Shown here in pieces: positions 42,412 to 55,117 of a DNA stretch of 64,000 nucleotides. Position 1 is the first letter of the stretch. Each line of letters begins with the position of its first letter. The position numbers and the translations under genes were made by a program. Below the pieces are notes generated by a model, which was given only the letters and a program-made list of their open reading frames with translations, did no database searches and was not told where the DNA came from. Source of the stretch: Macrostomum lignano (Eukaryota); the NCBI GenBank assembly GCA_002269645.1, contig NIVC01000186.1, positions 558,001-622,000 of the forward strand. The letters run 5' to 3'.

Positions 42412-43249
42412 TTCCCAACTGCGTCTGTCTCCGCCAGCGAGCAATAAATTGTTTTTTTTTAATAACATAAACGGCTTTTGTTAAGTCGAAATTGATTGTC
42501 GCGATTGCGTAGCAAATTAAATTGAGCTTTGTTATAAATCCAGTGCATTCCAGAGCCAATCAATGTAGGTTGACGAAGATGAGTGAGAAGGGTGAATGTA
42601 CATTCAAGCTGTACACTTTAGCAGAGGGGACACCAATTAGAAGCGCAGTAGTGTAATTTTTTATCGAATTGGGTTTTGTTATGCCCAGGAACAAGGCAGC
42701 CAGAAGAAGTTAATGGTAATGTGCATTAGAGCGAGTGTACATTCCTATCGCTTTCAAGTCAGAAAAAATCCAATCTACATTGAATAAGGATTGAACAAAA
42801 TACAGTCTGCAGCAACCTTTGATTTAATATTGGTATTAACTGATAAAGCTATCTTAATTAAAACAAAAACTTCTTCCCGTTTGAATGGCTCTATATCAAC
42901 CTAATGTATATTTTATGTTATCTAACACCTAGCTATTTGAGACAATAATCTCTACAACACGATACTGATACTCCCTCCTCTAGCATGCTACTTTCTTGTT
43001 TAAATTTAAAGTTCTTGTTATATTTTGATTCTTATTTACGCAAGATTGCACATTATTAATTTAACTTAATGAAATTAATAACTTTAAATTTTGAGAACTT
43101 GATATAAAGTCTCAAAAAAGATCTATACAGCTAATTCATTTTTGATTTATCTGTTTCCTCCTGATTGGAGCTGTTGCAGATGATTTGTCGGAAAGAAAGA
43201 TTTTTGTATATTCAATAAACGTTATAAACAAAAATATTGCTTAAATTTA

Positions 43250-43525
43250 GGGATCTGGCGGTCCCCAGATGTGCCAGCGGCCCAGGTTCGATTCCAAGCG
43301 CAGTGACATTAAAATTGGGGCTAAATTGGAATCTCGGTTTGGCTCTGCTCGTGCAATTAACGCCATTGAAGCCCAACCACAAAGGCACTGTGAAGTGTAC
43401 ATGCCTAACGATAAATAAAGGGCGTTGTACACTCGTGTGAGTGTGTGCCTGCTCAAGGGAGTCGGTGGAATGGGCAGCAATGCCTCTCGCGACATGGTGC
43501 ACACAGCTCCCTTGCCTGTAACAAA
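43250..43525 (+). mobile_element. Putative tRNA-derived SINE copy (5'-degenerate)
   Basis: B-box GGTTCGATTCC at about 43286-43296; shares GATGT.CCAGCGGCCC.GG.TCGATT.C.AG.GCAGT.ACAT and AAAATTGG..CTAAATT with the copy at 51665-51807; 3' end approximate. Confidence 0.55.
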
Positions 43526-44477
43526 AAATTGGTTATATTTGTTTTTTATTACTTCTCTAAAAAGAAATATATTGGATGCATTATGAATAATTTACACATT
43601 TGATTTGCGTACCTGCAGAGCAGCGGATTCAGGCCGACCCCTTTGAACCCCCTGAACGTGTTAGTTGCACTAAATTTACTAGATTACTCAATTAAAACAA
43701 AAATTATATCAATCCAAGCGAGGTTACTTTTTTGAGGTAAGACATGAAGCATCTTATTTCTGAAATCTAAGTGTCAACAGACAGTGTACATCCATATATT
43801 TTCTGGCGCACAACAAATACGATTAAAAAATATTGTTTTTGCAAATAGAAAATCCAAAACATGAAAAAGCAGTGCAAAGATAAACACAGAAAATGCCAGC
43901 AATAATTGACAAAAACAGTTAATTAAAGCTGACAGACACGCATATTCAATAGTGCATATTGTAATCTCTTATCCTAGCAGAAAAAATCCGTTTTCGCAAA
44001 AAGCTCATTCAATCCAGGCGCCAAGGAGCTATAGAGTTGAAAGTACCAGATTGGTAAATACAAAACATAGATTTATGATGATGATAGCAACTCCTGCCCC
44101 CTTAATCAGCTGTTCTAAATACACACTGTAAATCCAAATTATAGAACTGTTCTGCTTTTCTAGCTACTTTTAGTAAAAGGTGAAAAAAATTACATTTAAA
44201 ATATATTAGACACAGAAGTGAAAACTATAAACAAGAGAAATTTAATTAATAAATATTTAGGAGGCTAAATATTTATGAAGTAGACAATTTATATCTTTCT
44301 AATTATATGCTTCTTCGGAGAAAACAAAAGCACAACTAGAGAACAGACAATAAACACAGATTTGACTATAACTTTTACAAATTGAATCTGCATCTACACT
44401 CACTTCGATGTTGAAAAAGGTCTCTTATTACTGGAAGAGGGAGAAAGACTAGCTAACTCTGTAGCTAGCTAGACAGA

Positions 44478-44594
44478 CAGACAAATAAAGAAGGACAAAA
44501 AGACAGACAGACAGACAGAGACAAACAGACAGGCAGACAGAGACAGACAGGCAGGCAGACAGACAGACAGACAGACAGAGACAGACAGTCAGGC

Positions 44595-44633
<39 letters not shown>

Positions 44634-44816
44634 TACAGACACTAAGACAGACAGACAGACACACAGACACACAGACACAGACAGACACACAGACACACAG
44701 ACAGACAGACAGACAGACAGACATACAGACACTAAGACAGACAGACAGACAGACAGACAGGCAGACAGACAGACAGACACACAGACAGACAGGCAGACAG
44801 ACAGACAGAAAGACAC

Positions 44817-44847
<31 letters not shown>

Positions 44848-44882
44848 GGCAGACAGACAGACAGACAGACAGACAGACACAT

Positions 44883-44913
<31 letters not shown>

Positions 44914-44916
44914 GGC

Positions 44917-44957
<41 letters not shown>

Positions 44958-44960
44958 GGC

Positions 44961-45005
<45 letters not shown>

Positions 45006-45018
45006 CATACAGACAGGC

Positions 45019-45067
<49 letters not shown>

Positions 45068-45085
45068 CATACAGACAGACAGACA
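44478..45085. repeat. (GACA)n microsatellite downstream of the NT5DC stop
   Basis: Directly visible. Confidence 0.96.
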
Positions 45086-45294
45086 CGTGAACAGAGAGCG
45101 GCAGCAACACAAGCAAAAGTGCAGTTAAAAACGGCGTGAGGGAAAATAAGAAATGCTAATAAATAATAATTTACAGCTAGGAGAGCAGAGGACCAATGGA
45201 TGGCAAAAATCAGTCAGCGCTTGAGTCGGCCTGATGCCAAGCCAGCGCAATTTTATTAGAATTCCGCTCTCAATTGAGCAGCCGTCTCAACTGA

Positions 45295-48200
45295 TCACAG
45301 CACTTGCTCGTGCGGCAGTTTCACCCTAGGCGGATAGAACGTGTGGGTGAGCTTATAGTTGAGCAAGTTAGTGATGGAGGACATATAAACATCTGCGTAG
45401 CGGGCCAGACGCCTGCAAAAGAATGAAACGTGATTGTGCGTGCGAAATATTGAGCCAAAGTAAATGTTAGTCATGCCGGAGATGTCCTCTAGCAGGTTGC
45501 GCCGCTCCTCCAGCCACAGTTCGAGCAGGCCGCGACAGTCAGGGTGGCTGTCGTACACCTGAGGTGCGGTTTGGGGAACAGGTGAATTGATTCTGGCACA
45601 GGTGAATTGATTCTGGCACAGGTAAATTGATTCTGGCACAGGTGAATTGATTCTGGCACAGGTAAATTGATTCTGGCACAGGTGAATTGATTCTGGCACA
45701 GGTAAATTGATTCTGGCACAGGTGAATTGATTCTGGCACAGGTAAATTGATTCTGGCACAGGTGAATTGATTCTTGCACAGGTGAATTGATTCTGGCACA
45801 GGTAAATGGATTCTGGCACAGGTAATCAACCGAGGCAGGAACAGGTGATGAACAGAGACAGGAGCAAGTAATAAACGGAGACAGGAGCAGGTAATCAACC
45901 GAGACAGGAGCAGGTAATCAACCGAGACAGGAGCAGGTAATCAACCAAAACCGGAACAGGTAATAAACCGAGACAGGAGCAGGTAATAAACAAAAGAAGC
46001 CAATATAAACAAGCAATTCGCACCTGCATCTCTGAGATCAGCCTCTCCAGCTGATCCAGCCAATAGACATTCTCCCTGTATCGATCCGACGACATGGAAC
46101 GCAGCTCCTGGGCCAGTTCCGGTATGACAGCCCCGGTGCGCCAGCCGTGCTGCAACGAAGCGTCCAGTAAGTCGGACGAGACGTGATCGCCGCAGAACAG
46201 GGTCCTCTCGCCCTTCCACTGGGTGAGCTGGTGCAGGGCGGTCACGTTGCCCTCGCTATAGACGGAGTGCGGCTCCAGCGACTCAACAGAGTGCCATGAG
46301 GGCTGGCCGCCGATCGTGCACAAGTGACGGAAAGGCCTGGGACAAAAGTTAAGTTTATAGTGCCTATTACTGTACTGACAGTAGCAGGGCATGCTGCTAA
46401 ATTTGGTCTGTTTGAAACTTGGGATTTTTCATAATAAATATTTTCCATTGAATCCACAAGAGAATCGCCTTTCTGTCTTGTTTTTTTTCCCGAGAGAATC
46501 TCTCTTCCTTCCCATTCAATCCCCCAAGTGAATCGCTCTTCCCGTTCTATCCCCCAAGTGAATCGCTCTTCCCGTTCTATCCCCCAAGTGAATCAATCGC
46601 TCTTCCCGTTCTATCCCCCAAGTGAATAGCTCTTCCCGTTCTATCCCCCAAGTGAATCAATCGCTCTTCCCGTTCTATCCCCCAAGTGAATAGCTCTTTC
46701 CGTTCTATCCCCCAAGTGAATAGCTCTTCCCGTTCTATCCCCCAAGTGAATCGCTCTTCCCGTTCTATCCCCCAAGTGAATCAATCGCTCTTCCCGTTCT
46801 ATCCCCCAAGTGAATCAATCGCTCTTCCCGTTCTATCCCCCAAGTGAATAGCTCTTTCCGTTCTATCCCCCAAGTGAATAGCTCTTCCCGTTCTATCCCC
46901 CAAGTGAATAGCTCTTCCCGTTCTATCCCCCAAGTGAATAGCTCTTCCCGTTCTATCCCCCAAGTGAATAGCTCTTCCCGTTCTATCCCCCAAGTGAATC
47001 GCTCTTCCCGTTCTATCCCCCAAGTGAATCGCTCTTCCCGTTCTATCCCCCAAGTGAATCGCTCTTCCCGTTCTATCCCCCAAGTGAATAGCTCTTTCCG
47101 TTCTATCCCCCAAGTGAATAGCTCTTCCCGTTCTATCCCCCAAGAGAATCACTCTTCCCGTTCTATCCCCCAAGTGAATAGCTCTTCCCGTTCTATCCCC
47201 CAAGAGAATCACTCTTCCCGTTCTATCCCCCAAGTGAATAGCTCTTCCCGTTCTATCCCCAAGAGAATCACTCTTCCCGTTCTATCCCAAGTGAAATGAA
47301 CTCACTTAGACGTGCTAGTAAAGAAAAAAGGCTTCCTGGCTTGTACGATGACTAAATCGAAATATTGACGCCAATCTTTGCCAAGCAAATAGGTGAGGCC
47401 GCCGTCTCTGCAATTTTTTTCAAAAACAAAATTAGATTCTTAGCTTTCTACTATTAAAGCTACGATAAGTAGCATACGAAGCACATTAGTAGCTAGCTGG
47501 CTAGATGACAGCAGCTAACTTACATGAAGTTATAGTTGCTATTGGACACTAGGAACACTTTCTTGCCGTTGCGCTGCAGCCGGGATAGCAGCGGCTCCAG
47601 GCGCGAGTCCCGACGCAGGTAGCGCTCAGGATCGCGCACGATCTCGTCGTGAAGCTTGCCGGACCGGTGCAGCTGCTCCATGCTGGCGCGCACGTCCGCG
47701 TGCAGCTGCATCGGGTCGAATTGGATGTTGCGCATCTCCAGGTACTGGAGAGGGAGACAGAGATGGGGACGGGTGGGAACGTTTGGCTATTTTTAGTAAA
47801 TGCCAAATGGATAGAACAGTATACGGAAGCAAAGCGAGAATAGAAGACAAGCGCAAAGACCAAGAAGACAAGAACAAAGATTGAGAAGACAAGAACAAAG
47901 ATTGAGAAGACAAGAACAAAGACAAGAAAAAAGATTGAGAAGAGAAGAACAAAGACAAGAAAAAAGATTGAGAAGACAAGAACAAAGATTGAGAAGACAA
48001 GAACAAAGACAAGAAAAGACTAAGACGACAAACACTAGAAGAAAAATTATACAAAAAATTAAAATTAAAAGACAAGAAACAAAAACAGGACAAAATTTCC
48101 CAAAGAATGAAAAGCAACAAAAGAAGAGTATCTCTTACCTCGATAAGATAAGCCAGCAGGTTCATCTCGGGTGCAGCAAAGGAGTCGTACAGCTGCACCA

Positions 48201-50783
48201 TGTACTCGCTCTGTAGGGGGGGGGGGTGATTTTTTACAGCGGGACTGTAAAATTTGGTCATGATTCTCGGGATCTATTCGTGATGATTCACGGGATCAAT
48301 TCGGGATGATTCTCGGGACCAATTCGAGGTAATTTCTGGGATCTATTCGGGATGATTCACGGGATCAATTCGGGATGATTCTCGGGACCAATTCGGGGTG
48401 ATTTCTGGGATCAATTCGGGATGATTCTCGGGATCAATTCAAGATGATTGTCGGGATCAATTCGAGATTCTTGGTATCTATTCAAGATGATTCTCGGGAT
48501 CAATTCGAGATTTTCGGGATCTATTCGGGTCGATTATTGGGATCATTCAAGATAATTCTCGGGATCAATTCGAGATGATTCTTGGGATCAATTCGGGATG
48601 ATTCTTGGGATCAATTCGGGATGATTCTCTGAATGAATTCGAGATGATTCTCGGTATCAATTCGGGATGATTCTTGGGATCAATTCGGGATGATTCTTGG
48701 GATCAATTCGGGATGATTCTCGGGATCCATTCAGGATGATTCTCGGGATCAACTCGAGATGACTCTCGGGATCAATTCGGGATGCTTCTTGGGATTAATT
48801 AAGGATGATTCTCGGGATTAAATGGGGATGATTATCGGGATTAATTTGGGATGATTCTCGGGATCAGTTCCGGATGATTCTCGGGATCCATTCGGGATGA
48901 TTTTCGGGATCAATTCGGCATGATTCTCTGAATGAATTCGAGATTATTCTTGGAATCAATTCGACATGATTCTCGGGATCAACTCGAGATGACTCTCGGG
49001 ATCAATTTGAGATGATTCTTGGGATTAATTCGGGATGATTCTCGGGATTAATTCGGGATGATTCTCGGGATCAATTTGAGATGATTCTCGAGTTTAATTT
49101 GGGTTGATTCTCGGGATCAACTCGGGATGATTCTCGGGATTAATTTGGGATGATTCTCGGGTTTAATTTCGGTTGATTCTCGGGATCAATTCGGGTTGAT
49201 TCTCGGGATTAATTTGGGTTGATTCTCAGGATCAACTCGGGATGATTCTCGGGTTTAATTTGGGTTGATTCTCAGGATCAACTCGGGATGATTCTCGGGA
49301 TCAATTCGGGACACTTTTTAACTAAAAGACTGGGATAATAGTCCCATCATACAAATTCAAACCGACTCACATCGCCAAATTCTTTCAGATAGCTGTCAGG
49401 AATCCGAGTGCCCTTGTAGATTTTGGCAACCTGATCCGAGCTCAGCGGCCTAAGGCCTCGATAGACAGTTCCCGGCTGAATATTGTGCACAGCGTCAGTT
49501 TTCAAGAACAGGCCCCGTTTGATGTCGAAATGCATACCGCGAGCGGCGAAGCTCGGGTTATAGAGAAAGTGCATAATGTTGCGCGGATAGTTGTATCGCT
49601 GTACGAGGTGACGCTTAGCGGATTCGAACATGAAAGCGGCGACATTGTCGTTGTAGTTGGCCAGAGTGAAGTCGTAGTCAAAGCCGTACACATCGATGTC
49701 CTGCAGTGACATCTCCGTGTTGGTGAAGATCAGGGTGGTCCAATTGCGATAGTCTGTACGGGGTCGCTTGGATCTGTAAAATATATTTAGCATTATTTCT
49801 AAGAAAGGCGCTAGATAGCGAAATCTTAAATATATGATATGCTATAATCTTACTTTCCGAAATCTCAAAAATGGGATATTCACTCCCAATTCCCAAAAGT
49901 AACTTTCCAGTCCCGATTCCATAAGATCTAAAAAATATGGAATTCCATTCCTAATTTCCTAAGATTTAAAAATGGGATATTCCAGTCCTAATTTCCTAAG
50001 ATTTAACAATGGGGTATTCCACTCCCGGTTTCCTACGAGCGTAAAATATCAAATGGGATATACCAGTCCCGATTCCAAAAAATCACAAAATTTGGGATAT
50101 TCCAATCCCGATTCCCTAAAATCCTAAAAAATGGGATATTCGAGTCTCAATGACCAAAAAATCCCAACAATAAAATATTCCAGTCCCGATTTTTAAAATC
50201 CCAAAAATGGGACATACCACTCCCGATTCTTTAAAATCCCCAAAACGGAATATTCCAGTCCCGATTCCCTAAAATCCTTAAAAGGGGATATTTTAATAAA
50301 GATTCCCAAAGATCCCAATAATGGGATATTCCAGTCTCGAATTCCTAAAATCCCAAAAATGGGATATTCCACTTCTGGTTCCCAAAATCCAAAACGTTGT
50401 TTTTCAGTCTCAGCAATTCCAAAACTGGGATACATCAATAATTATCCACAGAATCTCGAGAATGAGGTATCTAAATTCACCCAAGGACAGTAAAAGATTA
50501 AGAGTAAACCTCACCTAAATTGAGCATACTGTTTAGCAGCCGAATACTTTTCCTGCATCAGTTCATACAGAGACATCTGCACTTCAATTGTGCGAGCGGG
50601 CGGCGGCGGCAAGGATTCGCCAGCTGAAGACGCCGACGGCGAGGATCTGGGTATGCGCAGGCCGGCCGGAGCGGCGGGCCTGGCTTTGGGCACGAAGTCG
50701 CTGGATAGTTGACGACGCCAACTCGCCAGCCGACTGAGCAGCCGGCTTGAGCTCGACATAGGCACAGAGCCGGAGCGATGCAT
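45295..50783 (-). CDS. NT5DC2/NT5DC3-like HAD-superfamily 5'-nucleotidase (about 547 aa); exons 50783-50515, 49773-49371, 48210-48139, 47744-47524, 47407-47306, 46336-46024, 45558-45295
   Basis: HAD motif [73 protein letters not shown]. Phase-consistent GT-AG introns (1644 nt). Arg/Ser-rich N-terminus may be a mitochondrial presequence. Confidence 0.92.
45579..45822. repeat. 20-bp minisatellite (CAGGTGAATTGATTCTGGCA)n, NT5DC intron 6
   Basis: Directly visible. Confidence 0.94.
45820..45990. repeat. 23-bp minisatellite (CAGGAGCAGGTAATCAACCGAGA)n, NT5DC intron 6
   Basis: Directly visible. Confidence 0.85.
46520..47295. repeat. 30-bp minisatellite (TTCTATCCCCCAAGTGAATAGCTCTTCCCG)n, NT5DC intron 5
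   Basis: Directly visible. Confidence 0.95.
47860..48020. repeat. 21-bp minisatellite (GAAGACAAGAACAAAGATTGA)n, NT5DC intron 3
   Basis: Directly visible. Confidence 0.85.
48258..49312. repeat. 23-bp minisatellite (GGGATGATTCTCGGGATCAATTC)n, NT5DC intron 2
   Basis: Directly visible. Confidence 0.94.
49860..50430. repeat. Degenerate ~35-bp tandem repeat (AAAATGGGATATTCCAGTCCCGATTCC...), NT5DC intron 1
   Basis: Recurrent GGGATATTCC.....CCGATT cores. Confidence 0.8.
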
Positions 50784-51664
50784 GCAGGCAGTTAGATATA
50801 TTTATAGCAGATAGTTAAACCACAGGCAAGGGAGGTAGTTGAACACGCGAACAACCGAGTGTCGTCTCACTGGACACAGGCTAGTAGAGGCTGGTGCTGA
50901 AAGTTTCAATAAATATTCACAAAACTGAGACTAGTAGATAGACACGTCTAAACAGCTAAGCTAAGTTTATTTAAAGCCAGCCAGAGCGTAAGCACTATGT
51001 ACATGTAGACTGTAGAGCATATAGTTGTATTTCACATTGCAACTGCACAGATTACCAAATTTGCATTGATGTACAAACTTACGAGCTAGAGAGGAGAGAC
51101 GGACAGGCTTCTAGCAAGTAAGGCTAAGAAAAAATAGCTACTATTGTGCGCGAATGGGGTACAGATATAGCTATGGGGAGCTGCTGAACAGATAACCTCT
51201 ATTGCTCTGCTATAAGAAACAAATGAACAGAGCCTACTTTCAGTCTATGGTAAAAACTAGGGTAATAAATCAAATCTAGTAAATGAGAATTTCAATCAAT
51301 GGAGGGTTGTATGGAAGTGAGAGTTTTCTCTTCCAGCTAACTTTATTGGTCAATTTGTCCATCAGGATCCGAGTGGGAAGGGGGAATGGGGGTGTTGGGG
51401 CGAAGCCCCCACTTACAACCATAGGCTCGTTCATTTTCTAAAATGATATCCCGGTAAATTGCTTGATTGTCAATTTCAAACAATGACCGGTCATTGCTTG
51501 AATGTCATTGCCTTACCGTAAATTACCATAGACTTTAAATTTTGAACAATGTCTGTAGCCGGGCCCAATGTGAGTTGCTTAATCGGTCATGAAGTTTTTA
51601 ACCATAGACATTTCGCACAATTGAATCCTATTGAGCAAGAATTTAAGCGTCAGCCACAAACCTC

Positions 51665-51807
51665 TGTAAAGCAAGACCGAAAAATTTAGGCCAATTTTAT
51701 GTTTCTATTTTCTATTTATGTTCGGTTTATGTGACTGCACTAGAAATCGAGCCAGGGCCGCTGGTACATCAGAGCGCCGTGCCAGACCACTGGGCTACGG
51801 CCCCGCT
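51665..51807 (-). mobile_element. Putative tRNA-derived SINE head
   Basis: Minus strand GCGGGGCCGTAGCCCAGTGGTCTGGCACGGCGCTCTGATGTACCAGCGGCCCTGGCTCGATTTCTAGTGCA has an A-box (TAGCCCAGTGG) and a B-box-like GGCTCGATTTC; homologous to 43250-43350; no clean cloverleaf recognised. Confidence 0.6.
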
Positions 51808-52723
51808 AAATTAAAAAAACTCTCGACTGACTACTAATGGAATTCTATAATTCGCATCTGAAGCGGAAACTAATCTTTATTGTTTAATCACATGGGGGGG
51901 TTAATTTGGCCTAGTAAAGTAACTCAAAAAAGGAAAAGTGCAACCAACAAGATGGATTTTTATGACATAGCGTGTATCATGACACGTCAACTTTAAATTA
52001 CGTATCCGTATCCTGATTATTGAATTTGGACCCTAAATACCAAATTGCCACCCTAAGCCCTTTGAATTATCTACATATTTCTGCAACTTGAGTGGGTCAG
52101 AGAGGTTCAGCAATGTAAAAGATAGAGTAAGAGATGTTGGTATTTCGCTCGTATTTGATTGCTCGTATCTCGTAAAAGATAGAGTAAGAGATGTTGGTAT
52201 TTCGCTCGTATTTGATTTCAAAAAAATTTGCCAGCTAGCATCCCAGTTTTAAAATTTGGCATCTTGAGTTCGAACCCAGGATGGAAGATGGCACTGTGAT
52301 TCTGACACTTTAAAGATCTAACCAATAAGCTGTAAGCTATCATAGGTTCATCTTTATAGGCACACGTCAGCATCCACTCCAAATGTCGTAATGTTTATAT
52401 TATAAAACTCCATGGGCTAGTGCTTGAACTCCGTGAATTACATGCCGTTTTTGTCAGAGATTTGACCATAGAAAATACGAAAATGCTCCAAATAAAATGA
52501 ATAAACGAAGTTCTATATTTAAATCTAACTGATAAACAACAGTGCAGAGCACTACTGACAAAAATAGCTTCAGCCTTTGCCCAATTCGGTCATAGACAAA
52601 GCTCAGAGAATCAATTTTTTAAACTGATTAGAAGCACAAGAGTAATTTTGCAGCGGGAGGCAAAGATTTTTAAATCAACAAATTACTGGACAGCATGCGT
52701 ATGCCGCGACATTGCTAGAAACA

Positions 52724-55117
52724 ATGGACACCGACAATCGGACGGGCCTGTCCGAGCATCGGAGCAAGCACAGGCGTAGACAAGCCTATCAGGACTACGA
52801 TAGACGACTAGCGGCCAAGGCCAAGGCACTGAAAGACAAACGCGAAGTGGTAAATAAGATCGCGTCAATTGATATCTGGGCCACTGAGCGGCTTTATAAA
52901 AAGTGGAAGCGTCAAGCGATAGCCGGGGCGCGGCACAAATCAGCGCACAGTCCAGACCGGGATCCGTCAATGTTTAACTACAGCGCCAAGCAGCAGCCGG
53001 CATGTGAAATGCATCGAAATCGGGACTTCGGCAGCGCTAGTAGAAAATATTTTGCTGCGAGCATGGCCGAACAGGTTAATAATAAAAGAATTCGTACAGC
53101 CACAATGGTGGACTTCTTCGACAGCAGTCTAGCCGGCGATGCGCCTTTGCCGTCCCACTTGCACAGGTGTCAAAATCGGCGCAGAGCTCACAGTCGGCCC
53201 AACGAATCGGGCCTGGAACAGGAGCATTTAAAGCATCGAAAGCACCAGCACCATCACGAGCATCGGCATAGCCGGCGGAACCTAAGCCTCTCTAACACGA
53301 TGCAACAGCACTCGCGTTGTCAGTGGGCAAAGGTAAAATGTCAGCAGCAGCAGGAGCAGCAGCAGCAGCAGAAACAAAAGAAAGTCGACTGCCACTCAGA
53401 GAGGACAAGTGAAATCGATTGGCCAGATAGTTGGCCCTCAATCTGGGGCTCCACTGCGCCTCAGTGCGCGCAAAGAGGTAGCAGCAACAGCGACTGTCTG
53501 CAAGAAGCGGCCGCGGCAGCCGACAGTCGCAAACCAGAACAGCGAAGCAAGGAAAAAAAGAATCTGCGACGACGCCAACAATCTGGGAATCTGGTTGACG
53601 CTGTAGCTGGCAAAGATACCTTTGAAGCCCTACTGACACTTAATATCAATGAAAAAGCCGGCGAAAAACAAGTGCAACAACAGCTGGCTGGCCGAGAAGA
53701 AAACGGAGCTGGCAGTCAAAATCTGACAATGCCTCATCTCACGAATTCGCAAATTCAGGAATCGGAAAACCAGGGATCCACAGTGTTGAATAAGGCAAAT
53801 TTGGAGGAAACAGTTCGGCCGCAAGTCAATGTAGCCAGTTATTGCAACAGTTTGGGCAAGAAAGCGCTTGGAAACGAGTTCAACGTGGTACGACTTATCA
53901 AGCCGGAAAAATGCCGATACGAGCAAGCTACTAATCTGCCAAAACCGGTCGTGTGGCTAATAGCCGATGAGCCGTCAGCATCGGAACAGAAGGTTCGCTC
54001 GGACGATGACAGAGCCAACTTTAACAATGAAGTGCAGTTTAGAGAAGCAACCGACAATGGACAGGCTTTCAATACCGCAAACAATTTAAAAACCGTAACC
54101 AGCAGCACCATCTCTTTTCAACAGCAGCAGGGGTTTGGGCTGCGCACCTTCACCTCGATCACCTGTCACAACAGCGCGGATTCTAAAACGCTAAAGATGC
54201 TATCGTCAGCAACAAACGAGCGCGAGGAGGAAGAAGAAGAGATACAGAGCCATATTAGTAGTCCGATTGTCCTAGCTCAAATATCCTACATCAAATCGGC
54301 CGTTTACTGGAGAACAGGCGCCATCAAACCGGAGATTAGGATGCATTCGAACAGAGAATTCAACAATTTATTAGATAGCGACGACGCTAGCGAAGACGGC
54401 GATGGCATTATTTACACTGCTCAAGAGGTTGGCGAGTCGAAATTCATGGAGCCACAGACCGGCATAGTTACTAGGCTAGTGCAGGTGGAAGTGCTTAAAG
54501 CGGCGCAGCTAATTAAGTCCAAAGGCTTCGCTGGCCTGGTTGGAACTCGGCCTAGCGAGCTGGACGCTGATATGCAGTCGACAACGGACACGTTGGCCTC
54601 AACCACAATAGATGACGACGAAGACTTCGAAATGGGGGACGATTTTAATATTGAAGGCGACAAGGATTCGCTTGGAGAACTAGACGACCTGGACCTGGAC
54701 GAGGAAGAGTACGAAGAGGCGCCAATCAGGTCAAGTAAGGTCAAGCCTAGCGCGGACACAGCGTCTTCATCGACATCATCGTCTAGCGACGAGACAGACA
54801 GAAGGCAATCACAGCGGGGGCGGCGGCTTGGACGGAGGAGCAGCAGCGCCGCTAGCAAAGGCAACTACAACAGGCAGAAAAGACTGCCGAAAGCGGCAGC
54901 GGCCGCGCCAGAAGCTAAGGCGCTCCCAATGACGCAGTGTCCAACAACGCGTCACCGAATAGAATGCTTTACTACTCGACCAGGCCAGGTGAAGTGCTAT
55001 ATGACGGCTAGGCATCCAGTCAAGTGTCGCGTTCAGGATGGTCGCATTGTGTGCAAGGCGACTGTGAGAGCCGAGTCAAGCAACCTGCCATATCCATGCA
55101 ATGCAGCCTGGCAATGA
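52724..55117 (+). CDS. Intronless orphan protein, about 797 aa, largely low-complexity/disordered with a short Cys-containing C-terminal segment
   Basis: 2.4-kb stop-free non-repetitive ORF; first ATG at 52724 (ACAATGG); no family recognised. Confidence 0.72.
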   Translation: MDTDNRTGLSEHRSKHRRRQAYQDYDRRLAAKAKALKDKREVVNKIASIDIWATERLYKKWKRQAIAGARHKSAHSPDRDPSMFNYSAKQQPACEMHRNRDFGSASRKYFAASMAEQVNNKRIRTATMVDFFDSSLAGDAPLPSHLHRCQNRRRAHSRPNESGLEQEHLKHRKHQHHHEHRHSRRNLSLSNTMQQHSRCQWAKVKCQQQQEQQQQQKQKKVDCHSERTSEIDWPDSWPSIWGSTAPQCAQRGSSNSDCLQEAAAAADSRKPEQRSKEKKNLRRRQQSGNLVDAVAGKDTFEALLTLNINEKAGEKQVQQQLAGREENGAGSQNLTMPHLTNSQIQESENQGSTVLNKANLEETVRPQVNVASYCNSLGKKALGNEFNVVRLIKPEKCRYEQATNLPKPVVWLIADEPSASEQKVRSDDDRANFNNEVQFREATDNGQAFNTANNLKTVTSSTISFQQQQGFGLRTFTSITCHNSADSKTLKMLSSATNEREEEEEEIQSHISSPIVLAQISYIKSAVYWRTGAIKPEIRMHSNREFNNLLDSDDASEDGDGIIYTAQEVGESKFMEPQTGIVTRLVQVEVLKAAQLIKSKGFAGLVGTRPSELDADMQSTTDTLASTTIDDDEDFEMGDDFNIEGDKDSLGELDDLDLDEEEYEEAPIRSSKVKPSADTASSSTSSSSDETDRRQSQRGRRLGRRSSSAASKGNYNRQKRLPKAAAAAPEAKALPMTQCPTTRHRIECFTTRPGQVKCYMTARHPVKCRVQDGRIVCKATVRAESSNLPYPCNAAWQ

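Noticed and set aside
52255-52300. GAGTTCGAACCC B-box-like motif as a tRNA or SINE
   Set aside because: No A-box or cloverleaf and no similarity to the SINE pair
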